Part shown: in pieces, positions 20,165-30,318 of the stretch
Layout: every line of letters starts with the position of its first letter
How positions within the stretch are numbered: position 1 is the first letter of the stretch
Assembly (NCBI GenBank): GCA_900539165.1
Contig: UQAZ01000002.1
Location: 13,559 to 77,558 of the forward strand
Direction: 5' to 3'
Origin: an uncultured Oscillospiraceae bacterium
GTDB taxonomy: Bacteria; Bacillota; Clostridia; Oscillospirales; Acutalibacteraceae
DNA length: 64,000 bases
Program-made: the position numbers and the translations under genes
Notes under the pieces: model-generated
Databases searched by the model: none
The model's input: only the letters and a program-made list of their open reading frames with translations
Told to the model about the DNA's origin: nothing

Positions 20165-21388
20165 TTATGCAAGGGTGAATTTATGGAATACCTTTTTGCC
20201 TTTCTTAACGATAACGCTGTCTTTAAGCTCATCGGCTGAAACAGATGTGAAAACATCGCTGATTTTTTCATCATTAACGCTGATACCGCCCTGCTGAATA
20301 AGGCGTCTGCCCTCGCCGTTTGACTTAATCATACCTGCCTTAATCATAAGTGAAAGGACTGTAATTTTACCGTCCTCAAGGTCTGATTGCTCTACCTCTG
20401 TGGTAGGCATATTACTATCGTCTGCGCCGCCTGCGAAAAGAGCCTTTGCGGCAGCCTGAGCCTTGTCAGCCTCTTCCTTACCGTGAACAAGTTCGGTAAG
20501 AGAATAAGCAAGTGCTTCCTTAGCCTTATTAAGTTCTGCGCCCTCAAGCTTAGCGTACTCGTTAATCTCACTCATAGGAATAAAGGTAAGAAGTTTCATA
20601 CATTTAATAACATCGCCGTCATCGACATTACGCCAATACTGATAGAACTCGTAAGGGGTTGTCTTTTCTGCATCAAGCCATACAGCACCCTTTTGGGTTT
20701 TACCCATTTTCTTACCCTCTGTATTGGTAAGAAGAGTGATTGTCATAGCGTTTGCTTCCTTACCGAGTTTACGGCGAATAAGTTCCATACCGCCTATCAT
20801 ATTGCTCCACTGGTCATCGCCGCCGAACTGCAAATTACAGCCGTACTTTTGGTAGAGTGAATAGAAGTCGTAAGACTGCATAATCATATAGTTAAATTCA
20901 AGGAATGAAAGTCCCTTTTCCATTCTCTGCTTATAACATTCTGCTGTAAGCATTCTGTTTACGCTAAAACAAGCGCCGACTTCACGAAGCACCTCGACAT
21001 AGTTAAGGTCAAGAAGCCAATCGGCATTATTAACCATCATAGCCTTGCCCTCACCAAAGTCGATAAATCTCGACATCTGCTTTTTGAAGCATTCGCAGTT
21101 ATGGTCAATCATTTCTTTAGTCATCATTTGGCGCATATCTGTTCTGCCCGACGGGTCACCTATCATTGCAGTACCGCCGCCGATAAGAGCGATAGGCTTA
21201 TTGCCAGCCTCCTGAAGTCTTTTCATAAGAGTAAGCGCCATAAAGTGTCCTACATGCAGAGAATCGGCAGTAGGGTCAAAGCCGATATAAAACACAGCCT
21301 TACCGTTATTAACCATTTCTCTGATATGTTCCTCATCTGTTACCTGAGCGATTAATCCACGCTCAACGAGTTCTTCGTAAACTCCCAT
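20165..21388 (-). CDS. tyrS: Tyrosine--tRNA ligase
   Basis: Class I HIGH motif HVGHF, KMSKS-like KMGKT, and a C-terminal S4 domain. 407 aa. Confidence 0.95.
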   Translation of the reverse strand: MGVYEELVERGLIAQVTDEEHIREMVNNGKAVFYIGFDPTADSLHVGHFMALTLMKRLQEAGNKPIALIGGGTAMIGDPSGRTDMRQMMTKEMIDHNCECFKKQMSRFIDFGEGKAMMVNNADWLLDLNYVEVLREVGACFSVNRMLTAECYKQRMEKGLSFLEFNYMIMQSYDFYSLYQKYGCNLQFGGDDQWSNMIGGMELIRRKLGKEANAMTITLLTNTEGKKMGKTQKGAVWLDAEKTTPYEFYQYWRNVDDGDVIKCMKLLTFIPMSEINEYAKLEGAELNKAKEALAYSLTELVHGKEEADKAQAAAKALFAGGADDSNMPTTEVEQSDLEDGKITVLSLMIKAGMIKSNGEGRRLIQQGGISVNDEKISDVFTSVSADELKDSVIVKKGKKVFHKFTLA

Positions 21389-21479
21389 TATTATTTCCTC
21401 CGTCTATGTAAATGTAATTGTAATTAATCTTTAATACTCGACTAATCAACAAGTACCGTTTTTCACTTTTTGTTCTACA

Positions 21480-23147
21480 TTAATTCCCATCTTTAAGCAT
21501 CTCCTCGGCAGACCTAAGCAATGAAGCCGTTATATCAAGTCCGCCCATAATTCTGGCAAGCTCATATTTTCTGCCATCAAAGTCAAGCGGTTCAATCTGT
21601 GTATAAGCGGCAGATTGAGTATATTCCTTTTTAATAAGGAAGTGAGTATCCGCAACAGAAGCAATCTGTGCAGAATGAGTTACGCAAATAACCTGCGCAT
21701 TTTTGCTGACATCTCGAAGCTTCAAGCCGATTTTTCTGCTCGCCTTACCGCTTACACCCGTATCAATCTCATCAAAAATAAGCGTTGCGATACTGTCATT
21801 TCCCGCAATAATGCTTTTAACCGCAAGCATAATTCTTGAAAGCTCGCCGCCCGAAGCAATTTTTGCAAGAGGTTTAGGCTGTTCGCCCGGGTTGGTTGAT
21901 ATTAAGAACTCTATCCTATCCGTTCCGTTTGACGATAGATTACCCTTAGAAAACGAAGTCGTAAACCTAATTGCCGGCATATCCAAAAACTCAAGCTGAG
22001 CGCAGATTTCAGAGCCAAGCTTTTGCGCCGCTTCTTTTCTTACGGCACTCAATTTTTCGGCAAGCTGTTGAGTTTTTGCAAAAGCCTCGTCATATTCTGC
22101 ATTAAGTCTTTCCAACTCCTGCTCGGAATTATCAAACGACTCTCGCCTTTTTACAGCGTCTGCAAGGTAGTATAACATATCCTGCTCTGTTTCGCCATAC
22201 TTATTTGAAAAAGAATATAGAATATCAAGTCTATCCTCAATTTTTTCAAGCTCGTCGGGCTGATAATCGAGAGCGTCAAGCCGTTCTTTCGCCTTATCTT
22301 TAATTCTTTCAAGCACATCCTCGGCGCTGTCAAGTTCGTTTTTTATTTGCACAAGACCGTCATCATAACCGACAAGCCCCGATATTTCCTTATTCGACTG
22401 AGCAAGGACAGCTTCTATACCCTGATTTTCGTCATCACCGTTAAGAGCAGTAAGAAGCGTATTCAAGCCGTTTAATATCGCCTGAGAATTCAAAATAACA
22501 TCTCTGCGTTTTTTAAGCTCGTCCCATTCGCCCGGTTTAATATCGGCAGAGGTAAGCTCCTTAATTTGATAGTCAAGCAATTCTGCTTGCTTATCCCTCT
22601 CGTCGGCATCCAAAGTAAGTTCTTTGAGCTGTCTGCGAACGCTCAAAAGGTGCTTAAAGTTGAGCTTATACTCCTGCAAAAGTTCACCGCATCCCGCATA
22701 AGCGTCCACAAAGCGATAATGCTGTTCGGGATTCAAAAGTGCCTGAGAATCGTGCTGTCCGTGAATATTGACCAAATCGGAGCCTATATTTTTTAATATA
22801 GATACGGTCACGGGAGTACCATTTATACGGCATACGGATTTTCCCTGCACGCTTATTTTTCTGCTTAAAAGAAGCGAATTATCCTCCTCACAGGGTATGT
22901 CATATTCTGCCAATTTTAACTTTACATCTTCATTTATATCCTCGAAATACGCATTAACAAGGGCAAAATCACTTCCTGCTCTGACAAGCTCACGGGAAGT
23001 GCGCTCACCCAAAATGGCATTAATGGAGTCAACAACTATTGATTTACCTGCACCCGTTTCACCGGTAAGGACATTCAAGCCGTCTGAAAACTCTATTTCA
23101 GCCTTTTGTATTACTGCGATATTTTCGATACTGAGTGTTTTAAGCAT
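21480..23147 (-). CDS. recN: DNA repair protein RecN
   Basis: N-terminal SMC-like Walker A (LNVLTGETGAGKSI), a long central coiled coil and a C-terminal signature/Walker B region. 555 aa. Conserved position next to argR. Confidence 0.95.
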   Translation of the reverse strand: MLKTLSIENIAVIQKAEIEFSDGLNVLTGETGAGKSIVVDSINAILGERTSRELVRAGSDFALVNAYFEDINEDVKLKLAEYDIPCEEDNSLLLSRKISVQGKSVCRINGTPVTVSILKNIGSDLVNIHGQHDSQALLNPEQHYRFVDAYAGCGELLQEYKLNFKHLLSVRRQLKELTLDADERDKQAELLDYQIKELTSADIKPGEWDELKKRRDVILNSQAILNGLNTLLTALNGDDENQGIEAVLAQSNKEISGLVGYDDGLVQIKNELDSAEDVLERIKDKAKERLDALDYQPDELEKIEDRLDILYSFSNKYGETEQDMLYYLADAVKRRESFDNSEQELERLNAEYDEAFAKTQQLAEKLSAVRKEAAQKLGSEICAQLEFLDMPAIRFTTSFSKGNLSSNGTDRIEFLISTNPGEQPKPLAKIASGGELSRIMLAVKSIIAGNDSIATLIFDEIDTGVSGKASRKIGLKLRDVSKNAQVICVTHSAQIASVADTHFLIKKEYTQSAAYTQIEPLDFDGRKYELARIMGGLDITASLLRSAEEMLKDGN

Positions 23148-23610
23148 CTAACATCTTCCTTAATTTATCGGTAAAATCGGAGGCTCTTTCCTCGCTTCTG
23201 CAAAGAATAAAAATAGTATCGTCACCTGCTATTGAGCCTAATATTTCCTCATGCTCCATTGAATCAATAGCTGCACATACGGCATTCGCCATACCGGGGA
23301 AACATTTTATTACGATAGTGTTCAAGGCATAATCCATACTGATAATCGCCTCATTAAAAATACCGCCAACTCTTTTTGTGACATTTTCTGCAATCTTATT
23401 ACCCTCGGAGTAAATATATCTGCCCTGAGCAGACAAGTCCTTAACAAGTCTAAGTTCCTTAATATCGCGTGAAATTGTTGCCTGAGTAACATCATAGCCG
23501 TGTTCCTGAAGAAGCTGCTGAAGCTCCTCCTGAGTTTCTATATCATTTTGAGAAATAAGTTCAATTATTTTCGCCTGTCTACGCTTTTTCAAATTAATTT
23601 CTCCTTTCAA
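23140..23610 (-). CDS. argR: Arginine repressor
   Basis: Winged-helix N-domain (Q.EL...L...G..VTQATISRDI.EL.L.K) and the C-terminal arginine-binding domain GDDTI. Confidence 0.9.
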   Translation of the reverse strand: MKGEINLKKRRQAKIIELISQNDIETQEELQQLLQEHGYDVTQATISRDIKELRLVKDLSAQGRYIYSEGNKIAENVTKRVGGIFNEAIISMDYALNTIVIKCFPGMANAVCAAIDSMEHEEILGSIAGDDTIFILCRSEERASDFTDKLRKMLDA

Positions 23611-24448
23611 GAAGCTTTTTATTTAAGATTTCATAAAAGCTTTCCGGCTTAATCTTAATAAGTCTTGCAGCGTATTTGCTTTTTGAAATAATGATTTTTG
23701 CGCCCTTTGAAACAGGTATTGATTTTTCGCCGTCAACGCAGAGATATGATGTATTGTTTTTGTCATTTTCAACGGTGATTTCAAGTTCCTTATCGGAAGA
23801 AAACACAATACTTCTGTTCACAAGCGAATGAGGGCAAATCGGAGTTACTACAAAACACGAATTGTCGGAGCTGACAACAGGGCCTCCCGCAGCCATAGAA
23901 TATGCGGTTGAGCCGGTCGGGGTTGCGACAATCATACCGTCCGCCCTGTTTTTTGTAATAACTCTGCTTTCGGACTTTACAGTTACATCAATAAGTCTTG
24001 CCAAATCGCCACGGGTAATTACCGCATCATTAAGGCAGGTGTAATTATGCTTACCGTTTTCATCAATCAGGCAAGCGTTAATCATCATACGGTTTTCAAT
24101 CTCGTAATCACCGCTGACAAGTCGATTAAGCATAAAAAGCTCATCTCGCTCCAAGCCACTCATAAATCCCAATCTGCCTGCATTTATGCCGAGAGTAAGT
24201 TTATTATGAACGGAAGCCGCCTTTGCAATATTAAGCGTTGTGCCGTCTCCTCCGACAACTATTGCAATATCACATTCGGATATAAGCTTATCGGAATCAT
24301 AGAAAAGCGGCAAAGCGCCGATTTCGTCCTTTTCGTTACATCTTGCAACGCTGTACTGCACTCCGAGCCTTTCAAGTTCGTGGCAAATTTCTTTAGTTGT
24401 CTGTGATACTCCGTCATTATTCAAATTAGGAAAAACTGCAATTTTCAT
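23594..24448 (-). CDS. nadK: NAD kinase
   Basis: GGDGT motif (VVGGDGTTL) and the NAD-kinase C-terminal beta-sandwich region. 284 aa. Confidence 0.9.
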   Translation of the reverse strand: MKIAVFPNLNNDGVSQTTKEICHELERLGVQYSVARCNEKDEIGALPLFYDSDKLISECDIAIVVGGDGTTLNIAKAASVHNKLTLGINAGRLGFMSGLERDELFMLNRLVSGDYEIENRMMINACLIDENGKHNYTCLNDAVITRGDLARLIDVTVKSESRVITKNRADGMIVATPTGSTAYSMAAGGPVVSSDNSCFVVTPICPHSLVNRSIVFSSDKELEITVENDKNNTSYLCVDGEKSIPVSKGAKIIISKSKYAARLIKIKPESFYEILNKKLLERRN

Positions 24449-24457
24449 AATCTACCT

Positions 24458-25264
24458 CTAATCAAGAACTGTGTGTGACCGACCTACAAGTTCCTTAGCA
24501 TTAACGCTGTCGGATAAAGTAGGTTCATTGCTTTTTTTAAGATAAATCAAATATTCTATATTTCCCTCAGGTCCTTTAATCGGTGAAAACTCAAGTCCGA
24601 GAACATCAAAGCCGTTTTCAAGTGCAAGACCTATAATTTTTTCAACAACCTCGAGGTGAACATTCAAATCACGAACAACCCCCTTTTTGCCGACCTTTTC
24701 CCTACCTGCCTCAAACTGAGGTTTAATCAGACAAACAGCCTGTCCGTTATCTGAAAGCAAGGCATTAAGCACGGGCAAAATATGCGACAAAGAAATAAAC
24801 GATACATCGACAGATGAGAAATCAATTTTGTCGGGGACTTCTTTTTCGGTAACATATCTAAAATTCGTTCTCTCAAGATTTACAACACGCTCGTCGGTAC
24901 GAAGCTTCCACGCAAGCTGACCGTAGCCGACATCGACAGAGTAAACCTTTACTGCACCGTTTTGGAGCATACAATCCGTAAAGCCTCCCGTAGAAGCACC
25001 TACATCCATACAAATTTTTCCCTCAAGCGTGATAGGAAACTCCTGCATAGCCTTTTCAAGCTTCAAGCCTCCACGAGATACATATTTAAGAGCTTTTCCT
25101 CGCACCTCGAGAACATCGCCCTTTTTAAGCTCAAAGCCTGCCTTATCCGCCTTTTGGTTATTAACATAGACAAGACCTGCCATAATAATAGCCTTTGCCT
25201 TTTCTCTGCTTTCGGCATAGCCCTGCTCAAACACGGCTACATCAAGTCTAATTTTCTTTGCCAT
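24458..25264 (-). CDS. tlyA: TlyA family rRNA (cytidine-2'-O)-methyltransferase
   Basis: S4 domain at the N-terminus (RLDV...G...SR..A), then the FtsJ-like MTase motif VSRGG.KL.....F......DVGASTGGFT. Confidence 0.85.
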   Translation of the reverse strand: MAKKIRLDVAVFEQGYAESREKAKAIIMAGLVYVNNQKADKAGFELKKGDVLEVRGKALKYVSRGGLKLEKAMQEFPITLEGKICMDVGASTGGFTDCMLQNGAVKVYSVDVGYGQLAWKLRTDERVVNLERTNFRYVTEKEVPDKIDFSSVDVSFISLSHILPVLNALLSDNGQAVCLIKPQFEAGREKVGKKGVVRDLNVHLEVVEKIIGLALENGFDVLGLEFSPIKGPEGNIEYLIYLKKSNEPTLSDSVNAKELVGRSHTVLD

Positions 25265-25273
25265 AACAAATTC

Positions 25274-27112
25274 CTACATCTCTTCGTTTATAATATCCAA
25301 TACAGATTGTTCATCAAGACAATATTTTTTAAGCTGAGAAGTAACTCCCGCCTGCTTAACGAACTCGTCATTTATACAAATATGTTTATATTTTACATTT
25401 ACGCTATGTTCAAGAAGCAAATCGGCAAAGCACTCGCCTACACCACCGCTTTTAATTCCCTCTTCAAAGAAATAGAGAGATTTAACATTACCCAAGACAT
25501 TAATCACATCGGGTGAAATCGGCTTGATTTTATTAAGTTTAATTACAAATGCGTTACCGCTTTGCTCAGCGGCACGACAGCAAGGGGCGGTTTCTCTGCC
25601 GTAGGTCACGATACATTTATCTAAGTCGGAATTCCCGATTACATCAAAGTCGTGTCTTTCGTATGTATAGCCCTCGGGCAGAGCAGTTTGTCCGCCTCTT
25701 GGGTAGCGTATAGCGACAGCCTTTTCTTCCTTATATGCAGCCTGATACATCATTGAGGTAAGCTCGTCAAAGGTTGCCGGAGCAAAAACGATAAGATCGG
25801 GAACGCTCATCAAGTAAGCGGTATCAAACACGCCCTGATGGCTTTCTCCGTCCTCGCCCACAAAGCCTGCACGGTCAATACAGAAAATAACCTTTAAGCC
25901 CTGCATTGCGACATCGTGAATAAGCTGGTCATAAGAACGCTGTAAAAATGTAGAATAAACCGCAAAGAACGGAATCATACCGTTTTTTGCAAGTCCCGAG
26001 GCAAAGGTTACTGCGTGCTGTTCTGCAATACCGACATCAAAAAACCTCTTAGGATATTTTTCGCTGAACGCTACCAATCCCGTACCGGTAGCCATTGCGG
26101 CGGTTATTGCACAAATTCGGCTGTCATTATCGGCAAGGGATAACAGGTTTTCGCCAAAAGAATCGGAAAAAGTTTTTCCCTTGGAAAGCGGTTCACCTGT
26201 TTCGATATTAAATTTTCCTATTCCGTGAAACTTAGACGGATTCTTTTCGGCAAAATCATAGCCCTTACCCTTCAGAGTGCTGACATGAATAAGCACGCTG
26301 TGGCTGTGTGCCTTTGCGACAGTCAAAACATCAATGAGCGCATCCATATCGTGTCCGTCGATAGGACCGTAATATCTAAGCCCCAAATCCTCAAAAAAGG
26401 TGCTGTGATAAAGCTTCTTTCTGATTCTTTGATTTGTGCTTGTAATCATTCTTGTTATCTGAGCGCCCAACTTTGGAATTTTTGCTAATCCTCTGCTGAC
26501 CTTAGACTTCAATCTGTAATATTTAGGTGAAGTTCTGATATGAGTCAAATTTTTTGCAACAGAGCCGACATTCTTACTGATAGACATATTATTGTCATTG
26601 AGTATAATAATCAGGTTATCTGTATCTACGCCGGAATTATTAAGCGCCTCGTACGCAAGACCGCCCGTAAGCGCACCGTCACCGATAACGGCAATAACCT
26701 TGCCCTTATCTCCTTTAAGTGCCTTAGCTCTTGCAAGTCCTACTGCGGCTGAAATAGAGGTTGAGGAATGTCCCGACGAAAAAATATCGTGAGGCGACTC
26801 AACCGGACGGGTAAAACCGCTTATTCCGTTCTCGGTTCTGAGAGTAGAAAACGCCTCTTTTCTGCCTGTCAATATCTTATGAGTATAGCACTGATGACCT
26901 ACATCAAATACTATTTGGTCAGTCGGTGAATTAAAGACCTTATGTAATGCAACAGTCAGTTCAACAACACCTAAATTAGAAGCGAGATGACCGCCGTTTT
27001 TTGAAACGACCTCAATCATAAGAGAACGAATTTCCTCACAAAGCTGTTCAAGCTCGTCGTTATTCAGTTTTTTTATATCCTTGGGTGAATTTACCCTTTC
27101 GAGATAAGACAT
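25274..27112 (-). CDS. dxs: 1-deoxy-D-xylulose-5-phosphate synthase
   Basis: N-terminal GGHL.S.LG.VEL..ALH, the ThDP-binding GDGA...G...EA.N motif, then transketolase-like pyrimidine-binding and C-terminal domains. 612 aa. Confidence 0.95.
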   Translation of the reverse strand: MSYLERVNSPKDIKKLNNDELEQLCEEIRSLMIEVVSKNGGHLASNLGVVELTVALHKVFNSPTDQIVFDVGHQCYTHKILTGRKEAFSTLRTENGISGFTRPVESPHDIFSSGHSSTSISAAVGLARAKALKGDKGKVIAVIGDGALTGGLAYEALNNSGVDTDNLIIILNDNNMSISKNVGSVAKNLTHIRTSPKYYRLKSKVSRGLAKIPKLGAQITRMITSTNQRIRKKLYHSTFFEDLGLRYYGPIDGHDMDALIDVLTVAKAHSHSVLIHVSTLKGKGYDFAEKNPSKFHGIGKFNIETGEPLSKGKTFSDSFGENLLSLADNDSRICAITAAMATGTGLVAFSEKYPKRFFDVGIAEQHAVTFASGLAKNGMIPFFAVYSTFLQRSYDQLIHDVAMQGLKVIFCIDRAGFVGEDGESHQGVFDTAYLMSVPDLIVFAPATFDELTSMMYQAAYKEEKAVAIRYPRGGQTALPEGYTYERHDFDVIGNSDLDKCIVTYGRETAPCCRAAEQSGNAFVIKLNKIKPISPDVINVLGNVKSLYFFEEGIKSGGVGECFADLLLEHSVNVKYKHICINDEFVKQAGVTSQLKKYCLDEQSVLDIINEEM

Positions 27113-27132
27113 AATATTTCTCTTTTCATCAA

Positions 27133-28017
27133 CTATTTTTCTCTGTTTACGAGATACTCGGAAAGTGCCTTCATAAAATCGTTATTATCAAATTCATCGA
27201 GAATACCGACAGCCTTATCTGTCAGCGTTTTAACATCCTGCTGTGCCTTTTTAGCGCCGACAAGAGTAACATATGTTGTTTTATCATTATCTGCATCAGA
27301 GCCGATAGGCTTACCGAGAATTTGCTCGTCGCCCACAATATCAAGCAGGTCGTCTCTGATTTGAAACGCAGTACCGATAAGGTAGGCATACCTTGAAGCG
27401 AGTGCAATTTTTTCTTCGTCTGCGTTTGCGGCAATGCAACCGAGAATACAAGCGGCAGAAATAAGCGCACCTGTCTTTAGGCGATGAACGGTAAGAATAT
27501 CCGATATTGACGGGTCACCCTGCTCAAATTTCAAATCAATTACCTGACCGCCAATCATACCGCCCACACCTGCATTTTGTGAAAGAAGCAAAACGGCTCT
27601 AACATTTTGAGAATCGCTGAGTTCTGCCTCGGCACATATTTCAAATGCGTGGGTAAGCAAAGCGTCACCTGCCAAAAGTGCGGTAGCCTCACCGTACATT
27701 TTATGGCAAGACGGTTTACCTCTGCGCATATCGTCATTATCCATACAAGGCAGGTCGTCGTGAATAAGCGAATAGGTATGCACATATTCTATTGCGCAAG
27801 CATAAGGCATCGCTTTTTCGACATCGCCGCCGCACATTTTACAAAATTCAAGAACGAGAATGGGTCTAAGCCTTTTTCCGCCGTTTGAAAGCGAATACTT
27901 CATTGCTTTAACAACATCCCCCTGACCGTCATTTGCCACAGGGACAAGCTCGGTAAGTTTACAATTTACAGTGGTGCAATATTTTTCAATCTGTGACTTA
28001 AAATCAAGAGAATACAT
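27133..28017 (-). CDS. ispA: Polyprenyl diphosphate synthase (farnesyl/geranylgeranyl diphosphate synthase)
   Basis: First aspartate-rich motif LIHDDLPCMDNDDMRRG and second motif FQIRDDLLD. Confidence 0.9.
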   Translation of the reverse strand: MYSLDFKSQIEKYCTTVNCKLTELVPVANDGQGDVVKAMKYSLSNGGKRLRPILVLEFCKMCGGDVEKAMPYACAIEYVHTYSLIHDDLPCMDNDDMRRGKPSCHKMYGEATALLAGDALLTHAFEICAEAELSDSQNVRAVLLLSQNAGVGGMIGGQVIDLKFEQGDPSISDILTVHRLKTGALISAACILGCIAANADEEKIALASRYAYLIGTAFQIRDDLLDIVGDEQILGKPIGSDADNDKTTYVTLVGAKKAQQDVKTLTDKAVGILDEFDNNDFMKALSEYLVNREK

Positions 28018-28020
28018 ATA

Positions 28021-28209
28021 CTACTCCTTTTCTGCTATTTCTATTCTTGCTCGTGCATTTTTAAGTTTTTCGGAGCAAAAGGCAGTAAGCCTTGTACCCT
28101 CCTCAAAAAGCTTTAGAGACTCATCAAGCGTTATATCGTTTTTTTCAAGCAAAGCAACTATTTCGTCAAGTCTGTTCATTGCCTGCTCATATGTTAAATT
28201 ATCATCCAT
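28021..28209 (-). CDS. xseB: Exodeoxyribonuclease VII small subunit
   Basis: 62-aa protein with the XseB helix pattern LTYEQAM.RLDEIV..LE......L.ESL.L.EEG..L. Its end overlaps the xseA stop. Confidence 0.9.
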   Translation of the reverse strand: MDDNLTYEQAMNRLDEIVALLEKNDITLDESLKLFEEGTRLTAFCSEKLKNARARIEIAEKE

Positions 28210-29401
28210 TTTTATTTACCTCACAAACGACAGACTTAATACTGCCGTCAACAAATTCGGTGCATATCACATCATCGGTATTAAGAGCCGTAACGCTGTT
28301 TACGGGACGCTCATCCTTTTTTGTTATAGAAAAGCCTCTCGACAAAACAGAAAGCGGATTAACGGCATTAAGCAAACCGACGCTGTGCGAAAGCGATTTT
28401 TGCTTATCGTCAACAATGCGTGAAAGATTAGTTTTAAGTTGAGACATCAATGCAGTGATTTTATCCTCTCTTGCATTAAATATTTCGTCAATATTTGACA
28501 AAGGAGATGACGACTTAATTCTGTCAAGCTTTATTTCCTCACCTGAAATACGATGTTCAAGCGTTCTGAGCAAAATCGAATAGGTTGAATCAATTTTTTG
28601 CATTTCGCTGTTAATATCCGGAACTACAAGTTCTGCCGCCGCACTCGGTGTAGGCGCTCTTAAATCTGCCACAAAGTCGCAAATTGTAAAATCCGTTTCG
28701 TGGCCGACAGCCGAAACAATCGGAGTGCTACAATCATAAACAGCCTGAATAACGGGCATAGTGTTAAACGCCCACAAATCCTCCATAGAGCCGCCGCCTC
28801 TGCCGACAATAATAACATCGACACCGATACTGTCCAAATATTTTACAGAAGAAGCTATATCCTCGCCTGCTCCGTCACCCTGAACGAGAGTGGGTACGAT
28901 AATAATTTTTGCAGGCGGAAACCTACGGGAAATAATATTTTTAATATCTTCAACCGCCGCACCGTTTGCCGAAGTGGCAACACCGATTTTTTCGGGATAC
29001 TCGGGAAGCTGTTTCTTATGCTCATCGCTGAAATAGCCCTGCTCCTGAAGTCGTTGCTTTAGCTGTTCGTAAGCTACGGCAAGCGCTCCTATACCGTTTG
29101 GCTGCATACTGCTGACATAAAGCTGATACTGTCCGTCACGCTCATATGCGGTAATTCTGCCAAAGCAGACAACGCTCATTCCGTCCTCGGGAGTGAATTT
29201 CAGGCTGCTGTTATTACCTGCAAACATCACACATTTGAGCTGAGACAAATCGTCCTTTAATGTGAAATACATATGACCGCTTTGTCTGTAATGCTTAAAA
29301 TTAGAAATTTCTCCCATTACATAAACACGATTAAGCGGTTGAGCCTCATCAAGAAGTGCTTTAATATATCTGTTTACTTGTGAAACTGTTAATGTGTTCA
29401 T
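28202..29401 (-). CDS. xseA: Exodeoxyribonuclease VII large subunit
   Basis: An N-terminal OB fold (VSQVN.YIK.LL...V.GEIS....H.SGH.YF.LKD), then the catalytic domain with IVGRGGGS.EDLW.FN. 399 aa. Confidence 0.95.
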   Translation of the reverse strand: MNTLTVSQVNRYIKALLDEAQPLNRVYVMGEISNFKHYRQSGHMYFTLKDDLSQLKCVMFAGNNSSLKFTPEDGMSVVCFGRITAYERDGQYQLYVSSMQPNGIGALAVAYEQLKQRLQEQGYFSDEHKKQLPEYPEKIGVATSANGAAVEDIKNIISRRFPPAKIIIVPTLVQGDGAGEDIASSVKYLDSIGVDVIIVGRGGGSMEDLWAFNTMPVIQAVYDCSTPIVSAVGHETDFTICDFVADLRAPTPSAAAELVVPDINSEMQKIDSTYSILLRTLEHRISGEEIKLDRIKSSSPLSNIDEIFNAREDKITALMSQLKTNLSRIVDDKQKSLSHSVGLLNAVNPLSVLSRGFSITKKDERPVNSVTALNTDDVICTEFVDGSIKSVVCEVNKNG

Positions 29402-30318
29402 ATTCCTTTATTCTTCAAATACGCATATACGGCAACACCTGCCGCATTATCAAGCGAAAACTCGCTGTCGGCAAAATATGCGTCAAAATCTTTAGCTATA
29501 ATTTCTCTCAAAAGCGAATTAGAAGAGACACCGCCCGAAAATACAATGGGAAGCTCTCCATACTTTTCTGTCACCCTACGAAGCATTTCTGCCACCGACT
29601 CACAAACATAAGTCAGAGCAAACTTAGCAATATCCTGAGAGTCGATATTGTCATCAAGCATTTTTTTAACCTTATTTTCAACACCGCTTAAAGAACAGTT
29701 AAGTCCCTGCATAGACGGTCTTACCTTAAACTCGGCATTACTTTTCCCTGCCAAAGCATCAAGTTCTTTTCCGCAAGGAAAGTTAAGACCGAGCAGTACA
29801 CCCGTTCTGTCAACTGCCTGTCCCGCCTTCAAATCACTTGAAGCGGCAACAAGCTCGCACTTTACAATATCCTCGCTGTCGGGTGTAACGATAAGAGCGT
29901 CGGTAGTTCCTCCGCTTAAATGAAGCGCTATAAATTCTTGCTCAATCAAATCAAGCCTACCAACGGAAAACAACACAGCCAATATATGACCTACCTGATG
30001 CGATGTTCTGTAAATAGGCGCATTACCTGCTTTTGAAGCGGCAACGGCAGTTCCCTCGCCAACTAAAAAGCACGGCATATAGCTGCCGTCTACACTTCTC
30101 GGGCGTGTGCTGACACCTACTGCCTGAATAGGGTAATCAAACGAAAATTCGCTAAAAAGGCGGGGCAGATTAATCGTATGTTGAAACACGGCGTCACTCT
30201 GTCTCAATCCCCTTTCGCCTTTTTTTACCGTCAAAAGTTGTTTCTTTTGAACAATCTCGTTTCCGTCAAAAACTGCAAGTGAAGTGGTATAATTGCTTGT
30301 ATCAATTCCGAGATACAT
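29398..30318 (-). CDS. TsaD/Kae1/Qri7 (peptidase M22, ASKHA-fold) family paralog; atypical and shorter than canonical TsaD
   Basis: Block-wise similarity to TsaD: YLGIDTSNYTTSLAV (vs LGIETSCDDTSVAI), SHQVGHILA (vs HHMEGHLLA, with H-x-x-x-H retained), ALHLSGGTTDALIV (vs ALLVSGGHTQLI), IVFSGGVSSNSLLR (vs LVMAGGVSANRTLR), SLDNAAGVA (vs CTDNGAMIA). It occupies the slot between nusB and xseA where folD normally sits. Confidence 0.5.
   Translation of the reverse strand: MYLGIDTSNYTTSLAVFDGNEIVQKKQLLTVKKGERGLRQSDAVFQHTINLPRLFSEFSFDYPIQAVGVSTRPRSVDGSYMPCFLVGEGTAVAASKAGNAPIYRTSHQVGHILAVLFSVGRLDLIEQEFIALHLSGGTTDALIVTPDSEDIVKCELVAASSDLKAGQAVDRTGVLLGLNFPCGKELDALAGKSNAEFKVRPSMQGLNCSLSGVENKVKKMLDDNIDSQDIAKFALTYVCESVAEMLRRVTEKYGELPIVFSGGVSSNSLLREIIAKDFDAYFADSEFSLDNAAGVAVYAYLKNKGI

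Noticed and set aside
21389-21479. Expected T-box leader upstream of tyrS
   Set aside because: Only 91 nt separate tyrS from recN. No specifier-loop or T-box (AGGGUGGNACCGCG-like) sequence is present, so tyrS is apparently not T-box regulated here.
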